From positions 128,001 to 192,000 of the forward strand of contig CAWEEQ010000001.1 of the NCBI GenBank assembly GCA_963808235.1: a stretch of 64,000 bases of DNA, written 5' to 3'. The stretch is from an uncultured delta proteobacterium. Its GTDB lineage: Bacteria > Desulfobacterota > Binatia > Binatales > Binataceae. Below are positions 37,369 to 47,932 of the stretch, piece after piece. The notes under the pieces were generated by a model, which saw only the letters and a list, made by a program, of their open reading frames with translations, was not told the origin of the DNA and made no database searches. The translations under genes and the position numbers were made by a program. How positions within the stretch are numbered: the first letter of the stretch is position 1; every line of letters starts with the position of its first letter.

Positions 37369-37477
37369 CCCGCTGAAAACTCCTGAGATGCTATCTCGCT
37401 CTTATTATTGAATCGCCCGATTGAGGTCGAGTCAACCTGTGCATGAAATAGCGGGCGCGGTAAAAGGAGAGGGGCGG

Positions 37478-38650
37478 TCATTTTAGTTGAGTGCGCGCGG
37501 CGGCGCGGGCTTCGTCGATTACGACGCGGAGTGGGACGCCGTGCTGAGCGGCGATGCGCCTGCAGTCGTCGTATTCGGGAGAGATGGTTAGCGGCTGGCC
37601 CGAACCGCCGGAGATTTTGACACGGATCTTGCCCCATCGGGTTTCTACTTCCTGGATTTCGCGATGCACTTTGAGCCGGGCGACTGGATGAAAGCGCAGG
37701 CCGATCGTGGAGGTTTCCGCAAAGATGATCTCGGCGAGCGCGTCGCGATTTGTTGGCTCGGCGATCACACTTAGCGTTATCGCGGGGCGGCCTTTTTTCA
37801 TGATGGTGGGTGTCAGGGTTACGTCGCGGGCGCCGGCGGCGAACAGGCGGTCCATCACGTGGTCGTAAATTTGCGGATTCATGTCGTCGATGTTTGCGGA
37901 GATTTCGAGCATCTCGTCGGTGTCGAGCGTGGTGCGAGTGCGGCCGAGCATCAAGCGTAGTACGTTGGGACGATCTTCGAGATCGCGCGTGCCCGCGCCG
38001 TAGCCGATTTTCTCAACTTCGAAATTGAACGGAATTTCCGCGGAGCGCGCGAGCGCGCGGACGACGGCGGCGCCGGTCGGGGTGACCATCTCGGCTGCGC
38101 CGTCGCCGACTTTCACCGCGAATCCGGTGAGCAGCTGCGCAGTCGCAGGCGCCGGGACCGGAATGACGCCGTGCTGCGAGCGCGTGAATCCATGGCCCAT
38201 CGGGAGCGGCGAGACGATCACTTCGCCGACGCCGAGCTGCTCGAGTCCCCACGCGGTGCCGATGATGTCGATGATCGAATCGACGGCGCCGACCTCATGA
38301 AAATGTACGTGGTCGGGCGTGGTGTTGTGAATTTTCGCCTCGGCCTCGGCGAGCACCTCGAAGATCGCGATTGCTGGCTTCTTGACGGTCTCCGCGAGCT
38401 TCGATGAAACGATCATCGCGCGAATCTCGCCGAAGTGGCGCTCGGGCTGCGGCTCGGTCACCTCAACGTCGAACTTGAGCGCCGAAATTCCGCTGGAAAC
38501 TTTGCGCCGGGTCGAAAGCCGGTAGCCTTTGATCGCTACCGTGGTCATCGCGCGCTCGAACTCGGCGAAATCGGCGCCGCAATCGAGGATCGCTCCGACG
38601 ATCATATCGCCGCTGAGGCCTGAGAACGCGTCGAGGTAGGCGGTCTTCAT
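37478..38650 (-). CDS. larC: Nickel pincer cofactor biosynthesis protein LarC
   Basis: DAFSGLSGDM, HFHEVGAVDSI, PVPAPAT, TPTGAA, ANIDDM, MKKGRP, PEYDDC. Confidence 0.93.
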   Translation of the reverse strand: MKTAYLDAFSGLSGDMIVGAILDCGADFAEFERAMTTVAIKGYRLSTRRKVSSGISALKFDVEVTEPQPERHFGEIRAMIVSSKLAETVKKPAIAIFEVLAEAEAKIHNTTPDHVHFHEVGAVDSIIDIIGTAWGLEQLGVGEVIVSPLPMGHGFTRSQHGVIPVPAPATAQLLTGFAVKVGDGAAEMVTPTGAAVVRALARSAEIPFNFEVEKIGYGAGTRDLEDRPNVLRLMLGRTRTTLDTDEMLEISANIDDMNPQIYDHVMDRLFAAGARDVTLTPTIMKKGRPAITLSVIAEPTNRDALAEIIFAETSTIGLRFHPVARLKVHREIQEVETRWGKIRVKISGGSGQPLTISPEYDDCRRIAAQHGVPLRVVIDEARAAARTQLK

Positions 38651-38725
38651 CGTGCATAGTTTAGAGGGAACGCGACGAAAAGAGCAGTGCTCGTCGCGCA
38701 GGCTCTGACAGGCGGTTGAAAAAAG

Positions 38726-39694
38726 TCACTTGCGGCGGTCGCGCCTAAGTTGCGCCATCAGGGTGAACAGCTCGACGATGTTCGACTCGACTTTACCGTC
38801 GGAGAATTCGCGGTAGAGCGACGCGACATTCACGACGATGCGCTCTCCGTCGCCCCAGCTGGAGTAATCGGCCATCGAGATGTCGCGCGCGGCTTCCGAG
38901 ACCGTCATGCCGGCGTCATAGCGGCGGCGCGCCTCGCGCTCGACGTATTCGAAATAGCCCTTCAGTGCGGCGACGCCTTTTTTGTCGGTGATCGGCCCGT
39001 GGCCGGGAACGATGACCTCAACGTCGGAGTCGAGGATGAGCTGGCAGGCCGCGATCCAGTTGCGCACCGGCCCGGCCCATATGATCGGATGGCCCTCGAT
39101 GAACAGAATGTCGCCGGTGTACATGACCCGATCCTCGACGGCCAGCGCGAGCACGTCGCCGCGGGTGTGCGCGGGACCGACTTCGATAAGGCGGACGGTC
39201 TTGCTGCCGACGCGGAGATCGAGGCGGCGCTCGAAGGTCCGAGTCGGCATCGCGACCGTGATACCGTCGAAGTCGAAGGGAGCGAAGATGTCGGCAAAGA
39301 ATTTTCCCGCCTCCCCGAGAGAACTCGAGTTGCGCTTCATCTCGGCGAGCCGGCCGGCGCCGCCGTCGCGAGTCATCTCCTCGGCGCATGCTTTCGACGC
39401 GATGATCTCGGCGCCGTTGACGAGCTCGTTGCCGAAACAGTGATCGCCGTTGGAGTGTGTGTTGACCAGCGTGCCGATCCGAGCGGCGGCGTCAGGCTCC
39501 GCACGGCGCATCGTATCGAGCATCTCGCGAGTGAGCTTCAGATCGAACAGCGTGTCGACCAGTAACGACGCGCCGCCGTCGGCGACCAGGCCCGCGTTGC
39601 TCCAACCCCATCCGCCGTCGGGCTGCAGGTACGCGTAGCATCCGTTGCCGAGCTCGTGCAGGCCCTTGGTGTAATTCCATTTGCGCGTGCTCAT
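38726..39694 (-). CDS. Metallo-beta-lactamase-fold hydrolase
   Basis: NTHSNGDHCFGN, PAHTRGD, TGD, VPGHG. Confidence 0.85.
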   Translation of the reverse strand: MSTRKWNYTKGLHELGNGCYAYLQPDGGWGWSNAGLVADGGASLLVDTLFDLKLTREMLDTMRRAEPDAAARIGTLVNTHSNGDHCFGNELVNGAEIIASKACAEEMTRDGGAGRLAEMKRNSSSLGEAGKFFADIFAPFDFDGITVAMPTRTFERRLDLRVGSKTVRLIEVGPAHTRGDVLALAVEDRVMYTGDILFIEGHPIIWAGPVRNWIAACQLILDSDVEVIVPGHGPITDKKGVAALKGYFEYVEREARRRYDAGMTVSEAARDISMADYSSWGDGERIVVNVASLYREFSDGKVESNIVELFTLMAQLRRDRRK

Positions 39695-39890
39695 TTTGGG
39701 AGACTCCCTCTTTGATCCTCTCGATACCGTCTCGCCTGATTCCTTCCAAAAGTCGATCTGACTTGCAAGCCGAATCCCGCGTCGACCGACGATTCCGCCG
39801 CATCGAAACGCGGTTTTCGTGGCGCAACCTTTACAAGGTAGAAGGGCGCCGATAGAATCAAAAACTCGGCGCTGGGCGGACCAAGGGGCT

Positions 39891-40250
39891 ATGAGGCAAA
39901 GAGACCTCACTCTGTTTCGAAAATTACTCGAAGAACGCAAACGCGAACTTCTGCTTGAAGCGGAGCGTGCCGTCGGCACCATGAACAGCGAGTCGGAAGA
40001 GGCTTACGCGGACCCGACCGATCGAGCGGCGCTGGAATCGGATCGAAACTTCCTGCTTCGGATGCGCGATCGCGAACGCAAGCTGATCACCAAGATCGAT
40101 GAGGCGTTCGAGCGAATCGGCGACGGCTCGTATGGACGATGCGAGGAGTGCGGCGGCGAAATAGGAATCGAGCGGCTGAAGGCGCGCCCCGTGACCACCT
40201 TGTGCATCGGATGCAAGTCGGCGCAGGAAGCGCGCGAGCAGAAGAACTGA
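39891..40250 (+). CDS. dksA: RNA polymerase-binding protein DksA
   Basis: DPTDRA coiled-coil tip, CEECG...RL.ARP..TLCIGCK zinc finger. Confidence 0.92.
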   Translation: MRQRDLTLFRKLLEERKRELLLEAERAVGTMNSESEEAYADPTDRAALESDRNFLLRMRDRERKLITKIDEAFERIGDGSYGRCEECGGEIGIERLKARPVTTLCIGCKSAQEAREQKN

Positions 40251-40289
40251 GCTTCCTCAAATCGGGCCTCAAATCGGAAAAATCTTGGC

Positions 40290-41150
40290 ATGGAAGTAAA
40301 AAAGGCGGTCATCCTCGCGGCCGGGATGGGCACGCGGATGCTCCCGTCGTCGAAGGTCATCCCGAAGGAAATTTTGCCGGTGGTCGATACGCCGGCGATC
40401 CAGGTCGTGGTCGAGGAAGCGGTCGCCTCGGGTATCGAGGAGATCGTGATCGTCGTCAGCCCGGGAAAGACGCTGGTCGTCGATCACTTCGATTGCAACC
40501 TGGAACTCGAGCGTTATCTGCAGGAGCGCGGCAAACACGAAATCCTCGAGCTGATTCGGCGCAGCAACAGTCCCGCCAAGATCACGATCGCGGAACAGAG
40601 TAAGCCGCTCGGACTCGGCCACGCGGTGCTGCAGGCCAGGGAGGCGGTGGGCGATGCGCCGTTTGCCGCGATGCTTCCCGACGACATTTTCGATTGCCCG
40701 CGGCCATGCTTGCGGCAACTGCTCGACGCCGCCGAGACGCGCGACGCGCCGGTGGTCGCGCTGCTCAGAGTCGCGCGCAGCGAGATCTCGAAATACGGGA
40801 TCGCGGATGCGAAAGCGGTCGGCGATCGCACCTACGAACTCCACGGCATGGTCGAGAAGCCGGCCCCCGAAAAAGCGCCGAGCGAATTCGCGATCATGGG
40901 GCGCTACGTGCTCACGCCGGACATCTTCGAGCTGCTGGCTCAGGTGAAGCCGGGCGCGGGCGGCGAGATTCAATTGACCGACGGACTGGTGGCGCTGACC
41001 CGGCGGCGCAAGGTTTATGGATACGAGTTCGAAGGGGTGCGTTACGACCTCGGCGACCGGGTCGGATTCATTTCGGCGCAAGTCGGATTCGGCTTGAAGC
41101 GCCCGGATCTGGCGGACCGGTTGCGAGCGTACTTGAAGTCAGTTGTCTGA
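40290..41150 (+). CDS. galU: UTP--glucose-1-phosphate uridylyltransferase
   Basis: KAVILAAGMGTRMLP..K.IPKE, GLGHAV, MVEKP, GEIQLTD, RYDLG. Confidence 0.92.
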   Translation: MEVKKAVILAAGMGTRMLPSSKVIPKEILPVVDTPAIQVVVEEAVASGIEEIVIVVSPGKTLVVDHFDCNLELERYLQERGKHEILELIRRSNSPAKITIAEQSKPLGLGHAVLQAREAVGDAPFAAMLPDDIFDCPRPCLRQLLDAAETRDAPVVALLRVARSEISKYGIADAKAVGDRTYELHGMVEKPAPEKAPSEFAIMGRYVLTPDIFELLAQVKPGAGGEIQLTDGLVALTRRRKVYGYEFEGVRYDLGDRVGFISAQVGFGLKRPDLADRLRAYLKSVV

Positions 41151-41192
41151 CCATAGTAATTGCAATAGTAAGCGCGTCGCGGTCCTCAGGAT

Positions 41193-41247
41193 GGGGCAGT
41201 AGCTCAACTTGGAGAGCACTACGTTCGCAACGTAGGGGTCGAGGGTT
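41193..41247 (+). pseudogene. Truncated tRNA-Ala(CGC) copy
   Basis: Same 5' acceptor, D and anticodon arms as 41430-41484, but ends at GAGGGTT with no T-loop 3' half or 3' acceptor strand. Confidence 0.85.
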
Positions 41248-41429
41248 TTTTTCAGATGACGTGCAGGTGGCCCGCAGCCGAGACGAATTTTTTGATGAAA
41301 GTGTAGATGGCCCGCAGCCCCGACGGAAAGAAACGGCGGGACCTCGCTGATAGGTTGCGAGCTTACTTGAAGTCGGTTGTCTGACCATAGTAATTGCAAT
41401 AGTAATTGCGTCGCGTCGCGTCTCAGGAT

Positions 41430-41502
41430 GGGGCAGTAGCTCAGCTGGGAGAGCACTACGTTCGCAACGTAGGGGTCGAGGGTTCAAATCCCTTCTGCTC
41501 CA
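41430..41502 (+). tRNA. tRNA-Ala(CGC), CCA not encoded
   Basis: GGGGCAG/CTGCTCC-A acceptor stem with G3:U70, anticodon arm CTACG-TTCGCAA-CGTAG, GGTTCAAATCC. Confidence 0.93.
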
Positions 41503-42012
41503 CTCTTTTTAAGATGACGTGCAGGTGGCTTGCAGCACGTCTGAGTCTCTCGCCTTTGGGCACATCTCGGAGGATCGATCGAAAATCCGCGCGTGTTCGC
41601 GCAATTAGTGATCGCGCGCGGACCGGAGAACGCCCTCAGCGGCACTAATCCGCAGAATCCAGCAAAACCTATCCGGGCGCGATTTTGCTGGGTCCGCGGA
41701 TCATCGCTGAAGATTCGCCTACCGAGATGCGCTGCGCAATTCCGCCGTGACCCGGGCGAACGAGGAGATCTACTTTCACCGAAAATACATCGACGTGACC
41801 GAGCTGCCTGCGCGGAATCGAACACCTTAATGCGAAACCTTCTCGCCTGCCGGGCGAACCATGGACGAATGGAGGCACTCTCTATCTGTCCGGGAGGACA
41901 GGAATCAGTCTTGCGTCGTCGGGAAGAACTGCTCAAGCTTATGCGGAGTTAGTTCGAAGCGTCCGAGGGTTCGAAGGGTGACGCTCTGCCAACTGACCGG
42001 AGTAAATAGAGA

Positions 42013-42408
42013 GTGGACGACAAGGAAATCTTTCGCCGTTACGTGGAAGCGCTGGGTAAGCCGGACTTGTTGACTGCCGTGCTTGCCACTGATTTTGTCG
42101 CTCATGACATTCCTCCGCCGGGCAACCGCGATGCCCTCATCGCGTTCCGAACAGCCGTGATGGCGGCGTTTCCCGATCAGAAGACGACGATTTTGGACCT
42201 CGTAAGCGAAGGCGACCGAGTCGCGGCCCGGATGATCGTCGAGCAGACCCACAACGCGCCATTCATGGGGGTTCCGCCGACCGGCCGGAAGTTGAAGATT
42301 GAAATCTACGAGTTTGCACGGATCGCCAACGGTAAAATCGCGGAACGATGGGTCGCGCTGAGGCCCAGCCTCGCCGAGCTCGTCGAACAGCTTCGCGCCA
42401 GGAAGTAG
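42013..42408 (+). CDS. SnoaL-like ester cyclase (NTF2 fold)
   Basis: AAFPD, EGDRVAAR, THNAPFMGVPPTGR, NGKIAERW. Confidence 0.85.
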   Translation: MDDKEIFRRYVEALGKPDLLTAVLATDFVAHDIPPPGNRDALIAFRTAVMAAFPDQKTTILDLVSEGDRVAARMIVEQTHNAPFMGVPPTGRKLKIEIYEFARIANGKIAERWVALRPSLAELVEQLRARK

Positions 42409-42554
42409 CGCAAGGCAGATTCATCGCCTGCTGATCGAACCCGGCGAACCGATCCGATGCTACCATGGGCCTTTGAGGCCACCGCTCGACCATCGGCAGC
42501 CGATCGCTAGCCCAGAAAGGCTCGTCGTCGACGAAGATCCCAGGCGAACTCAAG

Positions 42555-43688
42555 TTATGCGGCGTCACCCATCATCTCGGCGAAGTTGCCGCTGTAGAAT
42601 TGCTCCTTCGCTTGCTCGCTGACCTGGCGCATCGTCGCTTCGAAGCGTCCGATGGGATCCTTGGTCCCTTCGGGATGAGGATAGTCGGTCGAGAACAGCA
42701 GCATCTCGGGTCCCGAATTCTCGATAATCCATCCGACTGGCTCGTTCGGGAAGGGAGTGAACTTCACTTGGCGGCGCAGATAGTCGGACGCTTTGAGCGG
42801 CAGGTTCAGCGCCGGCTCGGTCTTGCGAAAACTCTGCTGGCAAATATCCAGGCGGCGCAGCAGCGCCGGTAGATACATCGCGCCCTGCTCGATCACGCCG
42901 CCTCGCAGCTTGGGAAACTTTTCGAAGATTCCGTCGAGCACCATGCAGGCCAGGAATTGCTCGGGCGTCTGATGGATCACCATGTAATCTTTCGAGCGGA
43001 CATTTTCGCCGCCGCCGAGCCAGTCGGTGGTCGGCGCGACTCCATTTTCGTTGAACGCACGGCGCAGTGCGCGGCCGCCTCCGCCGATATGCAGCATGAA
43101 CGGAATGCCCCGTTCCTGGAGCATCGCCCACAGCGGATGGAAATCTGGATGCGTAGGCGACTTCGCGCCAGGCATCGAGTTCACCAGAATCGCGCCACAT
43201 CCGGCGTCAAGCGCGGCTTCGGCCTCGGCGCAGGTGCGCTCGCCCCACGGTACCGAGCCGACCGCAATCAGGCGGCGGTCGGCGGAGCAGAAATCCGCGA
43301 TCGCGCGATTCAGTGCGCGCGTACCGCCCCATAAAAGTTCGGCATCGCCACCGAGAAACTGGGAAAATGCGAAGGTCGGGAAGACGAGCTGCCGATCCAC
43401 CCCGATCAGATCGAGTGCGCGACTGCGTTCGGCCGGGTCAAAAGCGCCCAGCGCGAGCCATCCCTTGGCCATCATCACATTCTCTTCGAGCTTGACCGTC
43501 GCTCCCGGGTCGGTGGCGCGCGCCTTAGCCTGCGCGATAAGCTCGGCCGCTTTGGCCCCCGCCCCACCCAGGTAGAGAGGGCGAATTCGCTCGCGAACGC
43601 TGGGGTCGGCGTACTTCGGGAGCCATTCGCTCAGCTCCATGAGGTGACTGTCGGCGTCGTAGAAAGTGCGGCCTTGCGCGTAGGGCAT
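42555..43688 (-). CDS. Amidohydrolase-2 family protein
   Basis: YDADSHLME, QLVFPT, HIGGG, FSTDYPHPEG. Confidence 0.87.
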   Translation of the reverse strand: MPYAQGRTFYDADSHLMELSEWLPKYADPSVRERIRPLYLGGAGAKAAELIAQAKARATDPGATVKLEENVMMAKGWLALGAFDPAERSRALDLIGVDRQLVFPTFAFSQFLGGDAELLWGGTRALNRAIADFCSADRRLIAVGSVPWGERTCAEAEAALDAGCGAILVNSMPGAKSPTHPDFHPLWAMLQERGIPFMLHIGGGGRALRRAFNENGVAPTTDWLGGGENVRSKDYMVIHQTPEQFLACMVLDGIFEKFPKLRGGVIEQGAMYLPALLRRLDICQQSFRKTEPALNLPLKASDYLRRQVKFTPFPNEPVGWIIENSGPEMLLFSTDYPHPEGTKDPIGRFEATMRQVSEQAKEQFYSGNFAEMMGDAA

Positions 43689-44024
43689 CGAGGTTCCTTT
43701 AACTATAGTCCAGAATTTCGCTTTTGACTCTCCAAACACCCGACGATTAGCTCACCACAGAACTCAAGGTCAAGTCGTGGACCGGCTGGCGAACGGCGCA
43801 GCGGCTTATGGCTACTAGAAATCTCAAAATGCAACCGAAAACTCCGGGATTTTTAAGTAGTCGGAGCTTTTAGTAGCGACAGGTAAGGCCACAATGCCAG
43901 GAAGTTGCGCGGGCAATAGTATCCTTTCCTCACGTTGCATCGCTTCTACAGTGCCTCAAACTCGCAGAAGCCCGCGTCGAAGCCTCCGCGTCCTGAAACT
44001 CTCCTTCTGCTAAACAACTCGTCG

Positions 44025-45521
44025 CTAGATCGGCAGCGTGAACGGTGTCCCACAGACGTCAAAGGTCACCGCTGGACGCGAGGGCCAACTCGGATCCTTC
44101 AGGTCCTTGGCCCATTGCTTGATATCGCCCTCGAGCTCCTTGACCTTATCGGGACACTTGGCCGCAACGTTTGTGCTTTCGTTCAGGTCCGACTTCAGGT
44201 TGAACAGCATCGTATATGATCCGTACTCCGTCCCGGTCGATTCCCACAGCTTCCAATCTCCTTTGCGGATCGACATCAGTGGAGTGCGACGCCACATCAG
44301 TTCGTTGTGAGGCACCCCGCTTTTGTCGACCGTCAGATAAGTGATGAGGTTGACGCCGTCGTATACGCGGTCCTTCGGCAGCGTTCCTCCCGCGGCGGCG
44401 ACCGAGGTCGGAAAAATATCCAGCAGCGACACGACCCGATGATCCACCTGATGTGGCTCGATCTTCGCCGGCCATCGAATCATGAACGGCACGCGCACCC
44501 CGCCTTCATAATGCGTCAGCTTTCCGCCGCGCATCGGCTGACAACTGCAGATGCCCGGAATGTAGCCGGCGCATCCGTTATCGGTCACGAAGAAAATCAG
44601 CGTGTTGTTCATCTGCCCGCTATCGGCCACCGCTTTGAGCACTCGGCCCACCGCGTCGTCCAGCGCCGATATCATGCCCGCATAGGTTCTCATGCCCTCA
44701 TCTTTAATTTGCGGGAAGCGATTGTAGTACTTGTCCGTCACCATGAATGGCGCGTGGGTGGCGTTGGGTGCGAGATAAAGAAAGTACGGACGCGAGGCAG
44801 CGCTGTTGCGATGGATATAATCGACGGCACGATCTGCCCAGTACTCCGTCAGGTACTGCGATTCGTTATGCACCACCGTCCGGTTCGGCCCCTCGATAAC
44901 CTGTGACAGAGGCCCTCGCACATGTCGTCGTGGACGCTCGCCGGTGGCATCCGCGTCCGCAGCGCCACGCGGATCCCAGAAATGAACGCCCGGCAAACTC
45001 GGATCGATATAGGCAGTCTCGCCGGGCAGGAACCCAACGAACTCATCGTAACCGCGGTTGGTCGGATAGAATTGATCCTGGTTTCCCAGGTGCCATTTGC
45101 CGATTGCCCCGGTGTGATACCCATTCTTGCGCAGCTCGTCGGCTAGCGTGATCTCGCCGACAGCCAGTCCCAATCCTTGCATCATGTCGCGCAACGCAGG
45201 GCCGCTGTTGAATTCGAAGCCAAAGCGCTCTTGATAACGGCCGGTCTGGAGTCCCGCCCGCGACGGCGCACACACGGGAGCGCTGGCATATCCGTCGGTG
45301 AACTTGATTCCCTCGTTCCCGATAGAATCGATATTCGGGGTATCGATGCGATGAATCCCGTAGGCCGAAATATCCGCGTAGCCCAAATCGTCTGCGAGTA
45401 TCACGATGATGTTTGGCTTCTGACTCGTCGCTGTTTGCGCGGCGCCTCCCCAGCCTCTGCCGCTTCCGACAATCGCGGCGCAGCACAGTGCCAATCCCGC
45501 ACAGATCAACCGGCGCGTCAT
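44025..45521 (-). CDS. Secreted arylsulfatase (Cys-type, formylglycine-dependent)
   Basis: Signal peptide, PNIIVILADDLG, CAPSRAGLQTGR, GKWHLG, TDNG, YEGGVRVP. Confidence 0.93.
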   Translation of the reverse strand: MTRRLICAGLALCCAAIVGSGRGWGGAAQTATSQKPNIIVILADDLGYADISAYGIHRIDTPNIDSIGNEGIKFTDGYASAPVCAPSRAGLQTGRYQERFGFEFNSGPALRDMMQGLGLAVGEITLADELRKNGYHTGAIGKWHLGNQDQFYPTNRGYDEFVGFLPGETAYIDPSLPGVHFWDPRGAADADATGERPRRHVRGPLSQVIEGPNRTVVHNESQYLTEYWADRAVDYIHRNSAASRPYFLYLAPNATHAPFMVTDKYYNRFPQIKDEGMRTYAGMISALDDAVGRVLKAVADSGQMNNTLIFFVTDNGCAGYIPGICSCQPMRGGKLTHYEGGVRVPFMIRWPAKIEPHQVDHRVVSLLDIFPTSVAAAGGTLPKDRVYDGVNLITYLTVDKSGVPHNELMWRRTPLMSIRKGDWKLWESTGTEYGSYTMLFNLKSDLNESTNVAAKCPDKVKELEGDIKQWAKDLKDPSWPSRPAVTFDVCGTPFTLPI

Positions 45522-45795
45522 CCTAAGTTCCCCCGCTCGGCATTATACATCAATTGATCCAAACACTCGCGGCGAATCGAACGGATCACACCTCGCGCCG
45601 GCTGATGCCGAATGGAGTATAGATATCGATGATGTGTACTCAGGCGATTGAAAAGAGGACTTGGGCGCGGGGCTGGGTGGCTTTCTGAAAGATCTGGTTG
45701 CCTTCCTTCGACTTCTCTCTCAACAGGGACAGAATAAGACTAAAGGGCCAACAGGGTTGAAATACTTTTTCAACACCCCCGATAAGGAACAGTCA

Positions 45796-46617
45796 ATGAA
45801 ATCTGGTTTGTCGAGATTCATGCCTCGTGGCTTGTTGGAATGCGGACTTCCGCTCATCGCGATCATCGCCGTGGGATGCGCCAGCGCTTCCATTAGCTCG
45901 CAGAAAAGTTCCGAGCCGATCCGCGCTTCTCGGCCGCAAAGAATCTACGTGCGGAATTTTGCGGTCGTCGCCGAAGACGTCAAAGCGAGTCACGGCCTCA
46001 TCTCAAAAGGCGAACGCGAGTTCTCCAGCACTCCCGAAGAGCAGCGTCAGATGGAGATTGGACACGCCGCCGCCACGGAACTGTCCGGTCGGCTTTCCAA
46101 GGATCTACGAGAACTCGGATTCACCGTCGACACGCAGACCGGCCAGATTCCGGTGGGCGACGTGCTCTTGATCGAAGGCCAATTCGTCAAAGTAGATGAA
46201 GGCGCGGCGGGCCGCCGCGTGATGATCGGCTTCGGCGCGGGGCAATCGACCCTCGACAGCCAGGTGCAGGTCTATCGAATCGTGGGCGGCGATCGCCAGA
46301 AGCTGATGGATTTCACCACCCACGCCGATAGCGGCGAATTGCCGGGCACTATCGTCATGATGGGAGCTGGCGCGGTAGCAACCGGAGGAGCGACGGTCGC
46401 GGGCGCGGCGGCGTCCGGTGCCGTTGCGGGAGGCAAAATATATTTAGGGCGCGTCGACTATCTGGCCGACAAGACTGCCGACCAGGCAAATGCCTACCTC
46501 TCGCAATATTTTGCGAAACAAGGTTGGATCAGCGCCGACAAGGCGCAATCTCAGGAGAGCAACCTCGCAGGCAAACCTCACGAAACCGCAGCGCCCAGCG
46601 GCGCCAACACCCTCTGA
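45796..46617 (+). CDS. DUF4410-like lipoprotein
   Basis: Lipobox IAVGC, IYVRNF, VDEG..RRVMIGFGAG. Confidence 0.7.
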   Translation: MKSGLSRFMPRGLLECGLPLIAIIAVGCASASISSQKSSEPIRASRPQRIYVRNFAVVAEDVKASHGLISKGEREFSSTPEEQRQMEIGHAAATELSGRLSKDLRELGFTVDTQTGQIPVGDVLLIEGQFVKVDEGAAGRRVMIGFGAGQSTLDSQVQVYRIVGGDRQKLMDFTTHADSGELPGTIVMMGAGAVATGGATVAGAAASGAVAGGKIYLGRVDYLADKTADQANAYLSQYFAKQGWISADKAQSQESNLAGKPHETAAPSGANTL

Positions 46618-46701
46618 GTAAGATAAAACCATGGGGAAATTAAGCACTGCGAACTTGTGTTCCTCACGCTCGCCGAAGCGCGCTGCGGCGCTGAGGTTGT
46701 C

Positions 46702-47496
46702 CTATCTTCCCGTGAAGACGGGTTGGCGTTTCTCGAGGAATGCCTTGCGCGCTTCCTTTGCGTCCTCGCTGCTGAAGGCGATGCGAATATTAGACAACTC
46801 ATAGCGGAGTTGCTGTTCCATGTCGCTCGTCTCCAGGGACTTCACCATTCCGCGCTTGAGAAGCCGAAGCGTGATGGGCGACCAGTGGCAGAGTTCCGCG
46901 CAGTAGCGCGCCAAGCGGTCGGCGAATTGCGCGTCATCAACCACTTCTCCGGCCATGCCGAGTGCGACCGCCTCTTCGCCCAGCACTGTCCGGTTCTCCA
47001 TCATGAAACGCATCGCCTGCTCGTAGCCCATAGCTTGCGGCAGGGTGATCGTAAGGCCAGCGTCAGGTGAACCGCCAATTCTCGTATAGCCAGCTATGAG
47101 CCTCGCGCTGCGGCTGATCAGCCGCACGTCGGTTGCCATGGCGAGACCGAGGCCGGCCCCCACGGCCACCCCATTGATGCCTCCGACGACGGGTTTGTCG
47201 CACCGTTTGCGAATCGCCAGGAGGAAATGTCCAACCCAGGAAATATCATCGAGCTGAGCCGATTGTGCGGACAGCGGCGTAGAGCGATCGCCACCGGACA
47301 AATCCAAGCCGGAGCAAAACGCGTCGCCGCTGCCGGTAATCGCGATCACCCAGACTTCGTCGGTCCGCGCCGCATCCTCAACCGCAGCGATCACACCCCA
47401 TGCGAGGGCATTGCTCAACGCATTCTTTTTTTCCGGGCGATTGAGCGTGATGATTCTGACATGGCCCGCATCCGCGATTTTCACGATGTCTGTCAT
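46702..47496 (-). CDS. Enoyl-CoA hydratase/isomerase (crotonase)
   Basis: ITLNRPEKKNAL, AFCSGLDL, GVAVGAG, AFLEKRQPVF. Confidence 0.9.
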   Translation of the reverse strand: MTDIVKIADAGHVRIITLNRPEKKNALSNALAWGVIAAVEDAARTDEVWVIAITGSGDAFCSGLDLSGGDRSTPLSAQSAQLDDISWVGHFLLAIRKRCDKPVVGGINGVAVGAGLGLAMATDVRLISRSARLIAGYTRIGGSPDAGLTITLPQAMGYEQAMRFMMENRTVLGEEAVALGMAGEVVDDAQFADRLARYCAELCHWSPITLRLLKRGMVKSLETSDMEQQLRYELSNIRIAFSSEDAKEARKAFLEKRQPVFTGR

Positions 47497-47932
47497 TTCG
47501 CTTGCCTTTCTATGGTTAAGAGATTTCGATCGCGCTTGCGATTCTGGCTCATCCGCTGCGCTCAGGTCCAACTCCGGAAGACCTCACGGAGAGCGTGCTG
47601 CGCTTTTCCATTCGCTGGTCCCTTGCGCTGGACGATTCGTTGCCGATTTGATGACCCGCGGCGGCTCTCACCCGGCAGACGCGAATGTGAACAACGGGCT
47701 GTCGTCTGGCAGACGAGAAACGGGCAGACAGTTCCAATCTTGTTTGCTCCACCATCCAGTCTCATGGATTTTCTGCTTCTTTAGTCGTCGCCCGCGGACC
47801 TTGATGCCGGTCCTTGCGGCCACCATCGCGCCCCCCGTCTCACTTGTGCGCCAGCGGGCAACGAGATATTTCAAGGCCGCAGATAGTGGAGATTTTTTGG
47901 AGCCCGCAGAAAGAGATCCAAAAGGAAATCCA

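Larger units (their letters stand above)
41091..41530 (+). repeat. Diverged tandem duplication (offset ~234 bp) of galU 3' end, spacer, tRNA-Ala and downstream motif
   Basis: 41106-41280 vs 41340-41530 share TACTTGAAGTC.GTTGTCTGACCATAGTAATTGCAATAGTAA, CAGGATGGGGCAGTAGCTCA and AGATGACGTGCAGGTGGC. Confidence 0.88.

Noticed and set aside
37478-38650. Isolated larC as a novel nickel system
   Set aside because: larB/C/E genes are commonly dispersed in genomes; nothing unusual in its context
41430-41505. tRNA-Ala lacking encoded CCA as a pseudogene
   Set aside because: The cloverleaf and G3:U70 identity pair are intact, and many bacteria add CCA post-transcriptionally
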